Of a stretch of 41,281 bases of DNA, positions 9,711-19,887 are shown piece by piece. Each line of letters opens with the position of its first letter. The stretch's first letter is position 1. The notes below the pieces were generated by a model. That model was not told the DNA's origin. It did not search any database and was given only the letters and a program-made list of their open reading frames with translations. Source of the DNA: Actinomyces sp. (GTDB lineage Bacteria; Actinomycetota; Acidimicrobiia; Acidimicrobiales; Aldehydirespiratoraceae); the NCBI GenBank assembly GCA_003697065.1, contig RFFY01000191.1, positions 1 to 41,281 of the forward strand, read 5' to 3'. Position numbers and translations under genes: made by a program.

Positions 9711-11393
9711 CCCCGATCCTTCACGAGTCTGTGGGGGTTGATGGGCGCGTATCCGCGTAGAGGCCCTCGTGGGCTGGGATTCTGATCTGACGTTGTCGAC
9801 GCGTCCGAATCTCGCACCAGGAGGGCACCTACGAGGTGAACAGTATCTGCACGGTTCCGGTGGTTGTGGAAGGGGGCGGCGAAGGTGTCGTCGCTCACGT
9901 TGGGTTGCATGCTCTTGGCGCGTTCGCGGACCGTCTCGGGTTGGGCCATTCGCTCTCGGCGGTGATCCCGTGGACCGGTGAGCGGGCGCCGGTCCATGAC
10001 CGCGGCAAGGTCCTCACGCAGACCATGTTGATGCTGGCCGGGGGCGGCGAGGCGTGCACCGACATCGAACATCTCCGAGCCCAGGGTGTGCTGTTCGGGT
10101 CGGTGCCGTCGGACTCGACGCTGCACCGGGTCATGCATCAACTCGACGAGTCGACTCGGGCCGGGTTGTGGGACGCAATGGCGGGGGTGCGCGCCCAGGT
10201 GTGGTCGCGCTCGTCGGCGACGATGAGCGGTGAGGTCGTGTTGGACATCGACGCGTCCCTCCACGAGATCCACTCGGAGAACAAGGACGGGACTGCTCCG
10301 CATTACAAGGGCGGGTTCGGGTTCGCTCCGATGTATTGCACCGCGGATGCCACCGGCGAGGTGCTCGGCGTGAAGCTGCGGCCGGGCAACGCCGGCGCGA
10401 ACAACATCGCCGATCACGTCGCGGTCCTCGACCAGGCCATCGCCGGGCTTCCCGCCGAGGTCGCCGCCGGGCACGCCCGCGGCGACGATCCGGGTCTGGT
10501 GCAGCGCAGCGTTCGGGTGCGGACCGACTCCGCTGGGTGCACCGCGTTCGTTCATCGCTGCTGTGAACGCAACATCGGCTTCAGTGTCGTGGCTCGCCGC
10601 AACGCCAGTGTTCACGCAGCGATCAGCCGGATCCGTTTCGACGACGAAGCCTGGACCCAGGCGCTCACCCAGCACGGCAAGCCCCGCAAAGGCGCCGCGG
10701 TCGCCGACGTGACCGAACACGCCGACCTGTCGGGCTGGCCGGCCGGCACCCGGCTGATCGTGCGACGCGAACCGTTGCATCCCGGCGCGCAAGGATCGCT
10801 GTTCCCTTCCGAGACGTTCCGCTACTGGGGCCACTACACCGACTCGACCCTCGATCCGGTCGCCGCCGACCTCGACATGCGCGGCCACGCCCGAGTCGAA
10901 GACAACATCCGCCGCCTCAAGGACTCCGGCGCCTCCCGGTTCCCGTTCCGCGATCTCGACGCCAACACCGCTTGGCTCGATGTCGTGTGCTTCGCCGACG
11001 CCCTGGTCCGCTGGTTCCAGCTCCTCTGCCTCCCCGGCCGCTACACCAACGCGGAACCCAAAACGATGCGCTGGCAGTTCTGGCACACCCCCGCCCGCAT
11101 CGTTCGTCACGCCCGACGACACGTCCTGCGGATCCTCGATGGCTGGCCCAGCACCGGAGAGATCCTCGCCGCCTACCGCCACATCGAACTCCTCACCTGA
11201 ACACCGGACATCCCGTCGCCCGCGACCACCCCGCCGGCCATGAGGCCCTGCTTCACGCCGCCCCGAAACGGCCGCCAAGCCCCAAATGGCCTCGACCCCA
11301 ACCTCGCCGCCCACGAAATCACCGAGCCCCGACCTCAGCCACTCAGGACAAGACCGCCCCGACCCGCCCGGCCAATCTCATGAGCAATCGGGG
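9711..11393 (+). mobile_element. IS1380-family insertion sequence
   Basis: Imperfect terminal IRs CCCCGATCCTTCACGAG / CTCATGAGCAATCGGGG; CTAG duplicated at 9707-9710 and 11394-11397. Confidence 0.9.
9836..11200 (+). CDS. IS1380-family DDE transposase
   Basis: VLDIDAS, LRPGNAGAN, VRTDSAG, RGHARVEDNIRRLK motifs. Confidence 0.9.
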   Translation: MNSICTVPVVVEGGGEGVVAHVGLHALGAFADRLGLGHSLSAVIPWTGERAPVHDRGKVLTQTMLMLAGGGEACTDIEHLRAQGVLFGSVPSDSTLHRVMHQLDESTRAGLWDAMAGVRAQVWSRSSATMSGEVVLDIDASLHEIHSENKDGTAPHYKGGFGFAPMYCTADATGEVLGVKLRPGNAGANNIADHVAVLDQAIAGLPAEVAAGHARGDDPGLVQRSVRVRTDSAGCTAFVHRCCERNIGFSVVARRNASVHAAISRIRFDDEAWTQALTQHGKPRKGAAVADVTEHADLSGWPAGTRLIVRREPLHPGAQGSLFPSETFRYWGHYTDSTLDPVAADLDMRGHARVEDNIRRLKDSGASRFPFRDLDANTAWLDVVCFADALVRWFQLLCLPGRYTNAEPKTMRWQFWHTPARIVRHARRHVLRILDGWPSTGEILAAYRHIELLT

Positions 11394-11421
11394 CTAGGTG
11401 CACCCAGGTGTTTTGACCAGG

Positions 11422-12495
11422 TTAGGGGAAGGCGCACGTGCTACCGCCCCGGTCTGGGCTTGCTCGCGCCTCGTTGAGGTGCCTGTCAAGAGTTCCGTGC
11501 CAGTTCCTCGATGTCCGCATCATGTCGTTTAGGTCGCCAGCGGAGAGGTGGAGGACGACGGGTTGGCGGCCGCGGGTCTCGAGGAGGGCGGCGAGCTGCT
11601 GGGCGGCGGCTTGGCCGGCTTGGTCGGGATCGAGGGCGATGACGAGGGGGTGGGGAAGCTTGGCGAGGGCGACGGCGGCGGCTTCGTCGGCGTAGGCGGC
11701 ACTGAGAAGGGCGACGGTCCGGTAGCCGGCCGTGGCAGCGGTGAGGGCGTCGATCATGCCTTCCGTGATGATGATCTCGGGGTGCTGGACGGCCGGTGGC
11801 CGGATGCGGGCAAGCCGAGGGTTGGCGGCGAGCTTTCCCGAGGGGTTGAGGTAGCGGCTCCAGTCGGGCCGGGGATTGGGGATGCGAATCTGGGCGTAGG
11901 TGGCACGTCTGGCGGTGATGACGGGCAGGACGACGCCGGAGGCGCGGGGCATGCCGTCGGGTCGGGGTTGGCGGCGGGGACCCAGGTCGGCGCCGATGCG
12001 GTTACGGGCGAGGACCTCGGCGGGTAGGCCACGGGTGTGGGTAAGCCAGTGTCGGAGCCGGGTGGCTTCGGGGTGCCAGAGGCGTTCGGCGCACTCGTCG
12101 ACGTACCGGTTCAGCCCGTCGAGGTCGTAACAGCCAGCCGCTTCTCGGGTGGGGGCTGGCCGGCGGATCGGCTTTGAGACGGGGGGCTGGCACGGTCGTT
12201 CGTGGTGGCCGGCGCGGGCGGCGAGGTAGGCCATGGCGTCACGGATGGTTGAGCCGTGACAGGCCAGGACAAGGTCGATGGCGGTGCCGCCGTCCCCGCA
12301 GCCGTGGCAGCGCCAGCGCTGTTCTCCTCGGCGGCTGGTGAAGATGCTGACCGGTGGGGTGCGGCCGGTCTGGGCGTGGTTCGGGTTGGGGCAGGGCCAC
12401 ATGCGGCTGCGCCCCCGCCCGTGGCCAGGCCCGAGGAGGTCGTCGGCGAGACTGCGTAGGTCGGTGGCGGCCAGCAGGGCGTCACGGTCGTACAT
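11422..12495 (-). CDS. DNA primase-like protein (CHC2 zinc finger + TOPRIM)
   Basis: CPNPNH...CHGC; ITEGMIDALT; ALDPDQAG. Confidence 0.85.
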   Translation of the reverse strand: MYDRDALLAATDLRSLADDLLGPGHGRGRSRMWPCPNPNHAQTGRTPPVSIFTSRRGEQRWRCHGCGDGGTAIDLVLACHGSTIRDAMAYLAARAGHHERPCQPPVSKPIRRPAPTREAAGCYDLDGLNRYVDECAERLWHPEATRLRHWLTHTRGLPAEVLARNRIGADLGPRRQPRPDGMPRASGVVLPVITARRATYAQIRIPNPRPDWSRYLNPSGKLAANPRLARIRPPAVQHPEIIITEGMIDALTAATAGYRTVALLSAAYADEAAAVALAKLPHPLVIALDPDQAGQAAAQQLAALLETRGRQPVVLHLSAGDLNDMMRTSRNWHGTLDRHLNEARASPDRGGSTCAFP

Positions 12496-12498
12496 GGC

Positions 12499-13866
12499 TC
12501 ACGCTGCGGCGGTGCGGGATCGCCGGGCCGGGTCGCGCCTTGGAGGGCGGGGGTGTCCGGACCTGCTCGATCGTTGTTCCGGGCGGGCCCGGGCGGTGCC
12601 GTGCATCCGGGAGTCGGTGTCGCAGAGGACGACCTCGGCGGGAGCCAGGACGTGTTGGACCACGGCGCTGCGCCCGCCCAGCTTCCAGAGGGCCCGCCCA
12701 CGCGCGAGTTGGGTGACGATGGCGGCTTCGGGTTCGGTGAGCCCGAAGTGGCTTGTGGCAGCGGCGATCTGGTCGGGGGCTTGCCGGAGAATGATCTTGG
12801 TGGCCGAGTCGGCCAGCAGCCCGGCGGCGATCTTGCTGGTGGCGGTGCCGTCGTCGGCTTGGGCGGCCAGGTCGCTGGCTCTGTGGGTGATGCAGAGGTT
12901 GGCAACGCCGTAGGTTCGGCCGAGCTTGAAGCACGATTGCAGGTAGGCGGCGGTATGAAGGTTGCCGAGCAGAGCCCAGGCTTCGTCGAGAACCTGGATT
13001 CGTTGGGGGCCGGGGCAGGCCATGAGCTGTTGGAACCAGCCGGCGGTGGCGACCATGACCAGAGGAAGCGCGTCGGAGTCGAGGGGCACCGCAGACAGGT
13101 CGAGCACGACGCCGGCGCCGTCCCAGCGCAGCGTGACGGTCGAAGGCCCGTCGAACATGCCTCGCAGGGAGCGAGTGAGGAGCTTGTCGACCGCGTAGGC
13201 GACGGTGCGGGTCTCCGCGGTGAGGTCGGCTCGGGGCCCGAGGCGGTCGTCGAGAATGTGGTCGGGGTTGGTGACGAGATGGGCGACGTCGGCGAGGGTG
13301 GGCTCGGCTCGGATGGTGGTGAGGTGTTCGACGGCGGCGAACAGCAGCGCGTCTTCGGGTTGGGTGAGGGCGCGTTCGAGCACACAGCTGACCAGGGCGG
13401 CGCACATGTGGGCGCGGCGAAGCGTCTGCTTGTCGGGTGGTTCGTGGTCAGCGGCTGGCCCGGGAGCCAGTGGATTGAGGGTGGCGGTGCCGCCGGGGCT
13501 GAGGCGAATGGTGGTGAGCCCGAGATCCTCAGCCAGAGACGTGTACTCGCCTTTGGGGTCGGCGATGGCAACCCAGCGGCCCCCTGGCCCGGTGCCATAC
13601 ACGGCGGCTTGGCGCCATAGGAGGGTCTTTACGAGCGCCGACTTGCCGTTTCCGGGTTCACCGAGCACCCAGGCGTTGGGATTGGTGACCAGCCCGGCCG
13701 CGTAGGCTTCGAAGGGATCCCAGCAGAACTCACCACCGCCCGCGAGCAGATCCAGTCCCACATAGGTACCCCGGTGCCCGAAAGAGCCCTGGACCGAGAA
13801 CGGGTAGATGCTGGCGGTGTGGGCGGTGGTGCCCTGGTGGTAGCGGAGCCGTAGCGAGGGTCGCAT
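12499..13866 (-). CDS. VirB4-like conjugation ATPase
   Basis: GEPGNGKS, IADPKGEY, VLDEAW; TAATG overlap with upstream gene. Confidence 0.85.
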   Translation of the reverse strand: MRPSLRLRYHQGTTAHTASIYPFSVQGSFGHRGTYVGLDLLAGGGEFCWDPFEAYAAGLVTNPNAWVLGEPGNGKSALVKTLLWRQAAVYGTGPGGRWVAIADPKGEYTSLAEDLGLTTIRLSPGGTATLNPLAPGPAADHEPPDKQTLRRAHMCAALVSCVLERALTQPEDALLFAAVEHLTTIRAEPTLADVAHLVTNPDHILDDRLGPRADLTAETRTVAYAVDKLLTRSLRGMFDGPSTVTLRWDGAGVVLDLSAVPLDSDALPLVMVATAGWFQQLMACPGPQRIQVLDEAWALLGNLHTAAYLQSCFKLGRTYGVANLCITHRASDLAAQADDGTATSKIAAGLLADSATKIILRQAPDQIAAATSHFGLTEPEAAIVTQLARGRALWKLGGRSAVVQHVLAPAEVVLCDTDSRMHGTARARPEQRSSRSGHPRPPRRDPARRSRTAAA

Positions 13867-15365
13867 TAGAGGGCGAGCAGGGTTGCCGGGGCGAGACCCA
13901 GCGGAAGGCTGGCGGCCCAGGCCAGGTCTTGGCGGGCGTCGAGGAGCCGCAGATCCATGCCGGCCTCGCGGGCGAGCTGTTCGACGATCTCGGCGTGTTC
14001 GTCGAGCTCCTCGAGGGTGCGGGCAGACACGCAGACCAGCCCGACATAGCCCATCTCTGGGTAGCCGGCGACGAGTTCTTCTTCCCGGTCCAGCAACGCT
14101 TGGGTGGCCCGCCGGTGTCGGGCATCCACGCGTCGGCCCTTGTCCTGTTTTGTGGCGGCGTCGGACTCGAGCTTCACGAGGTCGCGCTCGATACGGCGCC
14201 GACTCTGGAAGGTGGAGACCGGCCGGAAGTAGACGGTCATGGATCGGGTAACACCCCCGCCCGACAAGAAGGGCTCCAGCCAGCTGGGAGGTACGGCCAT
14301 CCGGGGCCAGGTGCCGACCCACCAGGTGCGGTGGTAAGCGCCGTCGACCCGCAGGTGCCGCCAGTCGCCTTCGACGGCCATGGGACCGGCGGTGGAGGAC
14401 CGAAGATGGGCGAGCCGGTCGACCAGCCGGCCGTGGCGCGGCCGGGGCCGGGCGTCGAGGGGGTCGATGCGGGTCCGGATCAGTCGTTGCAGTCCGGGCG
14501 GGTCGTGAGGGTCGCCGGCGGCGAGGTCCGCTGATTGCAAACCCCGCAAGAGGGCTTCGACGGCGGTGATCAGGGCCCGCTGGAGAGGTTCGTCGCCGCG
14601 GTTGGTTCGACTGTGGTGGCGGGCCAGCCGGTCACGAGCAACCGTGATGGACACGACGACCTGGTGGTTGATCGCCGAGGTGGCGCCGAGCTCGAGCAGT
14701 TGCCGGTAGGAGTCCACTGCTACCGGGTTGGGCGTGCCGCGGCCGGCGCTGTCGATCCAGGCGAGATGGTCACCCAGCCCGGAGGGCTGGGCCAGGTCCG
14801 ACCAGGAGAGGTGAGTCACGACTCCCCGCTCGACCGCGTACTGACCCAGGAGATCGCCCCAGCCCGCCAGCAGGCGTTCTTGTTCGGGGCGGGGAGCCAC
14901 CACGAACTGGGGCCCGCTGACCGGCACGACCGCGGTGAGAGTGTGGCGGTGCCGATCGCGGATCGCTCCGAGCGTGGATCCGGCCCGCCAATCGATCCCG
15001 ACGATGTCGAGACCGGCCAGGCACGGCGGCATCGGAGCCGCCGCATCGCCGGTGGGCCACAGGGGAAGCGGCGCGACCCACTGGCGACCGCGCCGCCACC
15101 GGGCCCACGACCAGCCGGCCAGCAGTGGCACCCACTCCCACGTGGGATGACCACCCAGCCGCGTGAAGCTGACCAGCGCGGCGACCAACACCGGAACGGC
15201 GGCCACCGGCAACACAACCCCAGCGGTCAGAGCCGCAACCCCAACGGTGAGACCCCCGCCGATGAGGGCGCACTGGGTCAGCCCGAGGCCCAGGAAGATG
15301 CCCGAGTCATCCAGCGGCTCGAGCCGGTAGGTGCGCTCGGAACGTTCACCGGCCATCGCGGCCAC
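13866..15365 (-). CDS. SCO6880-family/PrgI-like conjugation membrane protein
   Basis: Two N-terminal TM segments, HRTWWVGTWPR, ASLPLG end; typical position upstream of VirB4-like ATPase. Confidence 0.75.
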   Translation of the reverse strand: MAAMAGERSERTYRLEPLDDSGIFLGLGLTQCALIGGGLTVGVAALTAGVVLPVAAVPVLVAALVSFTRLGGHPTWEWVPLLAGWSWARWRRGRQWVAPLPLWPTGDAAAPMPPCLAGLDIVGIDWRAGSTLGAIRDRHRHTLTAVVPVSGPQFVVAPRPEQERLLAGWGDLLGQYAVERGVVTHLSWSDLAQPSGLGDHLAWIDSAGRGTPNPVAVDSYRQLLELGATSAINHQVVVSITVARDRLARHHSRTNRGDEPLQRALITAVEALLRGLQSADLAAGDPHDPPGLQRLIRTRIDPLDARPRPRHGRLVDRLAHLRSSTAGPMAVEGDWRHLRVDGAYHRTWWVGTWPRMAVPPSWLEPFLSGGGVTRSMTVYFRPVSTFQSRRRIERDLVKLESDAATKQDKGRRVDARHRRATQALLDREEELVAGYPEMGYVGLVCVSARTLEELDEHAEIVEQLAREAGMDLRLLDARQDLAWAASLPLGLAPATLLAL

Positions 15366-16653
15366 CTCGATGCGGAGGCCGGGCCGGGTCGGCCGTTTGG
15401 CCTGGGCCGGGTGGGCGCCGGCGGGACGGGTTGGGATCTCGTCGGGCGGCCGCGCTGACCGCGCCGGCGGTCTCGGTGACTACCCGTCCCCCGCGGGCGG
15501 CCGCACCTGCCGTGGCGCGTGCCGCCACTGCGCCGACGGTTGCCGCGCCGACCGGTGAGGACCCTGGTGGGGATGCCGTGGCCGCCGTGGGTGTGCCGGG
15601 GGCGGACCGGGCGTTGGCGATCTGCGCGTAGCGACGCCCCGAGACCATCTGGGCCGTATTGGCCAGCATGAGCCCTTGGTGGCCGGCTCGGACCGGTCCG
15701 CTTCGGATCCCCTGGGCGACCATCGCCGCTTCGGTCAACGGCAGCAAACGGGCGACCAGCAACGGCGAGAAGGCCGACACGCCGAAAGCGGCCGCCGCGG
15801 TGAGCAGGATCCCCACGGCTTGGGTGACCGACCCGCCGGGATCCTCGGCGAACACCTCCGGCGGCGGGAGTGCGGTGACCTCCCCACCGGCGCCGGTGCC
15901 GACCGCCGCGGCTGCGGCCACCGACAGAGCGACCGCAATGACCAGCTTGGAGACGACCAGGGCCACGAGCAGGTCCAACAGCCGACGGCTGGCGCCTTTG
16001 GTCGCCGGCCACAGGCGTGCGGCGAACACCAGCGGGGCCAGCGCCACGACGATGTAGATGAGCGCGGAGCGCACCACCAGCTCGGCAACCAGCACCAGAC
16101 CGGCGAGCACGGTGACCAATCCGAGGATGAACACCACGAAGGCGCTGGCCGGTCCGCCGCTGAGCACGGCGAGGCTGCTCACCACCGCACCGAAGTCGGC
16201 GAGGTCGTCCTGGAAGGTGGCCAGCACCTGACCGGAGAGGGCGTCGGTGACCCGGATGAGGATCTGAGTGATGGTGACCCGCCCGATCATCCCGAGGACC
16301 GAGATGGGCAACTCGACGCCGATGCGGTGCAGCATCCCGGCGGCGTCGCCGGCCAGGGTCCCTTGGACGATCCCCGCGAGCACGAACAGCACCAGCAGTC
16401 CCGCCCCGATCTGCAGCGTGGTCGCGTAGGGGCCGTCGCCGGTGATGAACCAGTCCGCCTGCACATTGGGGTCGCTGGCGTCGACGAAGAAGTTGAACAC
16501 TCCGCCCACGACCCACACCACGGCGTCGATGACCCAGGCAGTGAGCCCGCCGATGATGACCTCGAACCCGGCGGTGGCCACGTCACCGACGAATCCGGTG
16601 ACCTTGTCGATCACCCATCCGACGGGATTGGGAAACCCGAAAGCCAGGATCAT
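15346..16653 (-). CDS. VirB6/TrbL-like polytopic membrane protein
   Basis: Many TM segments, ELVVRSALIYIVVALAPL; ATGA overlap. Confidence 0.75.
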   Translation of the reverse strand: MILAFGFPNPVGWVIDKVTGFVGDVATAGFEVIIGGLTAWVIDAVVWVVGGVFNFFVDASDPNVQADWFITGDGPYATTLQIGAGLLVLFVLAGIVQGTLAGDAAGMLHRIGVELPISVLGMIGRVTITQILIRVTDALSGQVLATFQDDLADFGAVVSSLAVLSGGPASAFVVFILGLVTVLAGLVLVAELVVRSALIYIVVALAPLVFAARLWPATKGASRRLLDLLVALVVSKLVIAVALSVAAAAAVGTGAGGEVTALPPPEVFAEDPGGSVTQAVGILLTAAAAFGVSAFSPLLVARLLPLTEAAMVAQGIRSGPVRAGHQGLMLANTAQMVSGRRYAQIANARSAPGTPTAATASPPGSSPVGAATVGAVAARATAGAAARGGRVVTETAGAVSAAARRDPNPSRRRPPGPGQTADPARPPHRGGRDGR

Positions 16654-17372
16654 CGGACCGGCTCCCCATCCATACGGACAAAGCCGTCCAGGGCCCGGTC
16701 GAACGGTTCGGCGTCCCAGGGCTGATCGTGAGGGCCGGCCAGGGGTGTCGGTCCCGGGCTGTTGCGCACCCCGTCGACCCGCCAGTCCCCGTCGACCCAG
16801 GCGAGATCGAGGGTGACGGTGAGGAACTCGGTCTGGGGTGCGGCCACCCCGGCCGCAGAGAGGATCGTGATCGTCCACACCGACACCCGGGCCTCATGGG
16901 GCCCGTAGTGCTCGACCCGCCAAGCCAAGGGTCGCACCAGCCACCAGATACGACCGCTGGCGCGGGCGAGCTGGTCACGGGCCATCGACACCTCGGCGAC
17001 CACCTCGTCGGCCAGCCGGGCCGCCGCCACCGGGGTGGCGATCCCACCGACCGCGGCGCGGATCTCCTCGTCGGTGAAGTACAACCAGCGCTGGGAAGCC
17101 GTCGCGTAGGCCACCGCCGCGGCCACCGCTCCAGGCTCATCTCGGGAAAAGCCGACCGGAACCCCGGCCACCTCGCCAGCCGGACCAGGCGTGCCGGCCA
17201 GGACGGTGGCCTGTACCGGGACCGCGGCCGTGGTCGTGGTCGACCCCCCGCGGTTCCCCGGCGAACCGTTCGGCCACCGGACGAGCAGCGTCCCGGCCAC
17301 CGCCAAGCCCAACGCCACGAGGACCACCGCGGCCGTCCGCGGCAGCCGACGGTTCGCGCCGGCGGCCCTCAT
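16650..17372 (-). CDS. VirB8/TcpC-like conjugation protein
   Basis: N-terminal TM, GVPVGFSRDEPGAVAAA, LAWVDGDWRV; operon position. Confidence 0.65.
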   Translation of the reverse strand: MRAAGANRRLPRTAAVVLVALGLAVAGTLLVRWPNGSPGNRGGSTTTTAAVPVQATVLAGTPGPAGEVAGVPVGFSRDEPGAVAAAVAYATASQRWLYFTDEEIRAAVGGIATPVAAARLADEVVAEVSMARDQLARASGRIWWLVRPLAWRVEHYGPHEARVSVWTITILSAAGVAAPQTEFLTVTLDLAWVDGDWRVDGVRNSPGPTPLAGPHDQPWDAEPFDRALDGFVRMDGEPVR

Positions 17373-17659
17373 CGCGCCGCCTGGAAGAGCATGTTGACCG
17401 CCGTGGGGGCGACACCGGCCAGGATCGCACCCACCACGCCGCCCAGCGCCAGCGCCTTGCCTCGGCTGGCGCCACCGTAGCTGCCGCCCTCACGGGCCAG
17501 GCCGTACATGGCCGCCCCGATCAGCAACGCCGCCAGGCTGCCCCACAACGCCAGCATCTGGGCCCAGTTCAAGAGCCGCTGGATCAACTCGGCGCCGGGC
17601 ATGCCGTCGGTGCTCGGATCCACGCTCACCTGGGCCAACACGGCTCGGACGACAAACAT
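17369..17659 (-). CDS. VirB2/TrbC-like pilin (DUF6112-like)
   Basis: 96 aa with two hydrophobic helices; GGAGGTGA RBS; first gene of T4SS operon. Confidence 0.7.
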   Translation of the reverse strand: MFVVRAVLAQVSVDPSTDGMPGAELIQRLLNWAQMLALWGSLAALLIGAAMYGLAREGGSYGGASRGKALALGGVVGAILAGVAPTAVNMLFQAAR

Positions 17660-17699
17660 CGGGGCTCACCTCCACGGGATCAGGGATGGGGTCAACCCC

Positions 17700-17728
17700 G
17701 TAAGCCCCCCGGCGGCCCGAAACTCTCC
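17700..17728 (-). promoter_or_regulatory. Putative transfer-regulon promoter copy 2 (GGAGAGTT-N14-GGCTTAC) for the T4SS operon
   Basis: Shares GGGCTTACGGGG with copy 1; upstream box degenerate. Confidence 0.6.
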
Positions 17729-17737
17729 ACAACCGAC

Positions 17738-17766
17738 GCGAAGAACCCCAGCGGGGTTCGGCCTAC
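17738..17766 (+). promoter_or_regulatory. Putative transfer-regulon promoter copy 3 (GCGAAGAA-N14-GGCCTAC), 6 nt before ATG 17773
   Basis: Same spacing as other copies; divergent from copy 2. Confidence 0.7.
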
Positions 17767-17772
17767 CCGACC

Positions 17773-18909
17773 ATGAGACGCTCCAGGGTGGGCACCGCGA
17801 TCGCCGCCGGCGTGCTGGTATGCGCCGCCGGGTTCACCGCCCTGCCCGTACTGGCCGTAGCCAACGGGTCAACCGGGACTGGCTGCGCCGTGGCGGACCC
17901 CGCCGACGACGACGGGACCCCCAGCATCCTCGGGCCCGCCACCGTGGGCGTCCCCGAGCTGCGCGCCTGGTGGGCCAGCACCGGACGCGGCCAACCGGAG
18001 CGGCTGGCCCTCGACATCGACGACCTCATCGCCTTGTATGTGACCGAGGGCGACACCGAAGGCGTTCGAGGGGACCTCGCCTTCGCCCAAGCCGTGCTCG
18101 AAACCGGCGGGTTCACCAACCGCGACACCACCATCAACAACTACGCCGGGATCGGCCACTACGACACCGCCCCCGCCGGCCTGGCGTTCCCCGACCCCAT
18201 CACCGGGGTGCGCGCCCACATCCAGCTCCTCAAGAAGTACGCCGCGGGCAACTCCGCTCCCCTGGCCACCCCCGACGTCGCCCCCGACGCCGGGGCCGCC
18301 GCCACCACCTGGGGCGGCCTGGCCGGCACCTGGGCCAGCTCCCCGGTCTACTGGCAGTCCCTCAACGCCATATGGCAGGCGATGACCACCCATGCCGGCG
18401 CCGCCCAGGTTCCCGCCCCGGCGCAAGCGGCAAGCCTGGGATGTGCTGATCTGCTCGTCGAGGTCGCCGGTGGATACGCCCTGCCCGTCGCCCGCCGCTG
18501 GTACGACCAGCACCCCGAATGGTTCAGTCGACCCCACCACGACTACCCGGCCATCGACCTCCCCGTACCCGTCGGCACCGCCCTATACGCCATCACCGAC
18601 GGGGTGATCGTGGCCACACCAACAGGAGGCCGTTGCGGCACCGGGGTCGTGCTCAACGGCGACGACCACGCCCAATACACCTACTGCCACGGGCGGACCG
18701 CCAGCACCACAGTGCGAGCCGGAGACCGGGTCCGTGCCGGCCAGCACCTGCTCGACAGCGCCTCCACCGGCAACAGCACCGGCCCCCACCTGCACCTGGC
18801 CATACTTGCCGCCGGCCAGCAGCGCTGCCCCGGGCCGCTGCTCGTCGCCATCGCCAACCAACAGCCCATCCCACCCGCGGGCCTGCCGGCCAGCGGCTGC
18901 ACCAGCTGA
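17773..18909 (+). CDS. Secreted peptidoglycan hydrolase (glucosaminidase + M23 peptidase)
   Basis: AFAQAVLETG, NNYAGIG; HHDYPAID, YCH, TGNSTGPHLH. Confidence 0.85.
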   Translation: MRRSRVGTAIAAGVLVCAAGFTALPVLAVANGSTGTGCAVADPADDDGTPSILGPATVGVPELRAWWASTGRGQPERLALDIDDLIALYVTEGDTEGVRGDLAFAQAVLETGGFTNRDTTINNYAGIGHYDTAPAGLAFPDPITGVRAHIQLLKKYAAGNSAPLATPDVAPDAGAAATTWGGLAGTWASSPVYWQSLNAIWQAMTTHAGAAQVPAPAQAASLGCADLLVEVAGGYALPVARRWYDQHPEWFSRPHHDYPAIDLPVPVGTALYAITDGVIVATPTGGRCGTGVVLNGDDHAQYTYCHGRTASTTVRAGDRVRAGQHLLDSASTGNSTGPHLHLAILAAGQQRCPGPLLVAIANQQPIPPAGLPASGCTS

Positions 18910-18936
18910 CCGCAACACCTACCGTTCATCGCCGCC

Positions 18937-19338
18937 ATGGCCCGCTTCCACGCCGTCTACTACCGGGCACGCGACGGAACCGAACCGGTCCGCGAGTTCC
19001 TCGACGCCCTCGACGACACGACCGCCGCCGTGCTCGCCCACCAGATCGACCGGCTCAACCTGCTCAGCGACCAGATGCCCCACCTGCCGTTTCCCCACAG
19101 CTCCCAGGTCGACGGCGAGCTACGGGAACTGCGCTGCCACCACGGCCGCAGCCACTACCGCATCCTCTACCGCCGCTCCGACCGGCTCCTGATCCTGCTC
19201 CACATCTTCGCCAAACGCACCGGCAAGATCCCCGCCGCCGAGATCGCCGTCGCCCAACAACGCTGGGACGACTTCAAAGACCGCATGAACACCCAGCCTC
19301 GCACCCCACCCCGGGCCGCCGGCCACGACGCCCCCTGA
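18937..19338 (+). CDS. RelE/HigB (Gp49-like) toxin
   Basis: EPVREFL, GELRELR, YRILY, LLHIFAKRTGKIP. Confidence 0.85.
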   Translation: MARFHAVYYRARDGTEPVREFLDALDDTTAAVLAHQIDRLNLLSDQMPHLPFPHSSQVDGELRELRCHHGRSHYRILYRRSDRLLILLHIFAKRTGKIPAAEIAVAQQRWDDFKDRMNTQPRTPPRAAGHDAP

Positions 19339-19837
19339 TCGCAAGGGTGCCGGTGTCTCAGGCCCCTCCGCTTGCGGTGGCGACGGTCGCCACCATGTCC
19401 GCCGTCGTGCAGAAGGTGGCGTCGGGGAACCGCTTTCGGGTGGCGGCCACCTTGTCGGGGGAGCCACCGGCGAAGACGATCGGGATGTGCCGGCGGCTCT
19501 TGGCCTCCCACAGCCACTCTGCTATCGCTCGACCGTGGGACGGAAGCCGGTCCAAGGAGACCACCATGACGTCGGGCAGAGGATCGGGCCGTTCGGGGCG
19601 ACTCCCCTGGCGCCAATGCACCATCACCTGATGGCCGGCGTCCTCCAGCGCCCGGCGTCGCTCGGCCACTTCCTGCTCATGCCAGTGAATGAGCCAGACT
19701 CTCGCCATCGCTGGTCCTCGCTTCGACGCCGACAACCCCCTGGCTGGCCCTCAAACAACTCGCCCCCCACTGACTCGGCCCGAAGCATACCCGGCCGAAG
19801 CCCGCGGACCGGGCCGCCCGGCCACGACGCCCCCTGA
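19311..19837 (+). repeat. 28/29-bp direct repeat (19311-19338 and 19809-19837) duplicating the toxin 3' end
   Basis: CCGGGCCGCC(C)GGCCACGACGCCCCCTGA, identical apart from a 1-nt indel. Confidence 0.85.
19358..19708 (-). CDS. Stand-alone atypical receiver (CheY-like) domain protein
   Basis: RALEDAGHQV...PDVMVVSLD...HIPIVFAGG pattern; GAGGA RBS. Confidence 0.6.
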   Translation of the reverse strand: MARVWLIHWHEQEVAERRRALEDAGHQVMVHWRQGSRPERPDPLPDVMVVSLDRLPSHGRAIAEWLWEAKSRRHIPIVFAGGSPDKVAATRKRFPDATFCTTADMVATVATASGGA

Positions 19838-19845
19838 CACCACCA

Positions 19846-19863
19846 GTTAGCAGAACTGCTAAC
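19846..19863. promoter_or_regulatory. Palindromic operator upstream of antitoxin
   Basis: GTTAGCAG-AA-CTGCTAAC perfect 8-bp inverted repeat before GAGGAGG RBS. Confidence 0.65.
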
Positions 19864-19887
19864 CTGCCTGCGAGGAGGTGAAACACC

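Noticed and set aside
11201..11393. Possible ncRNA downstream of the IS1380 transposase
   Set aside because: Lies within the IS ends; no convincing structure seen
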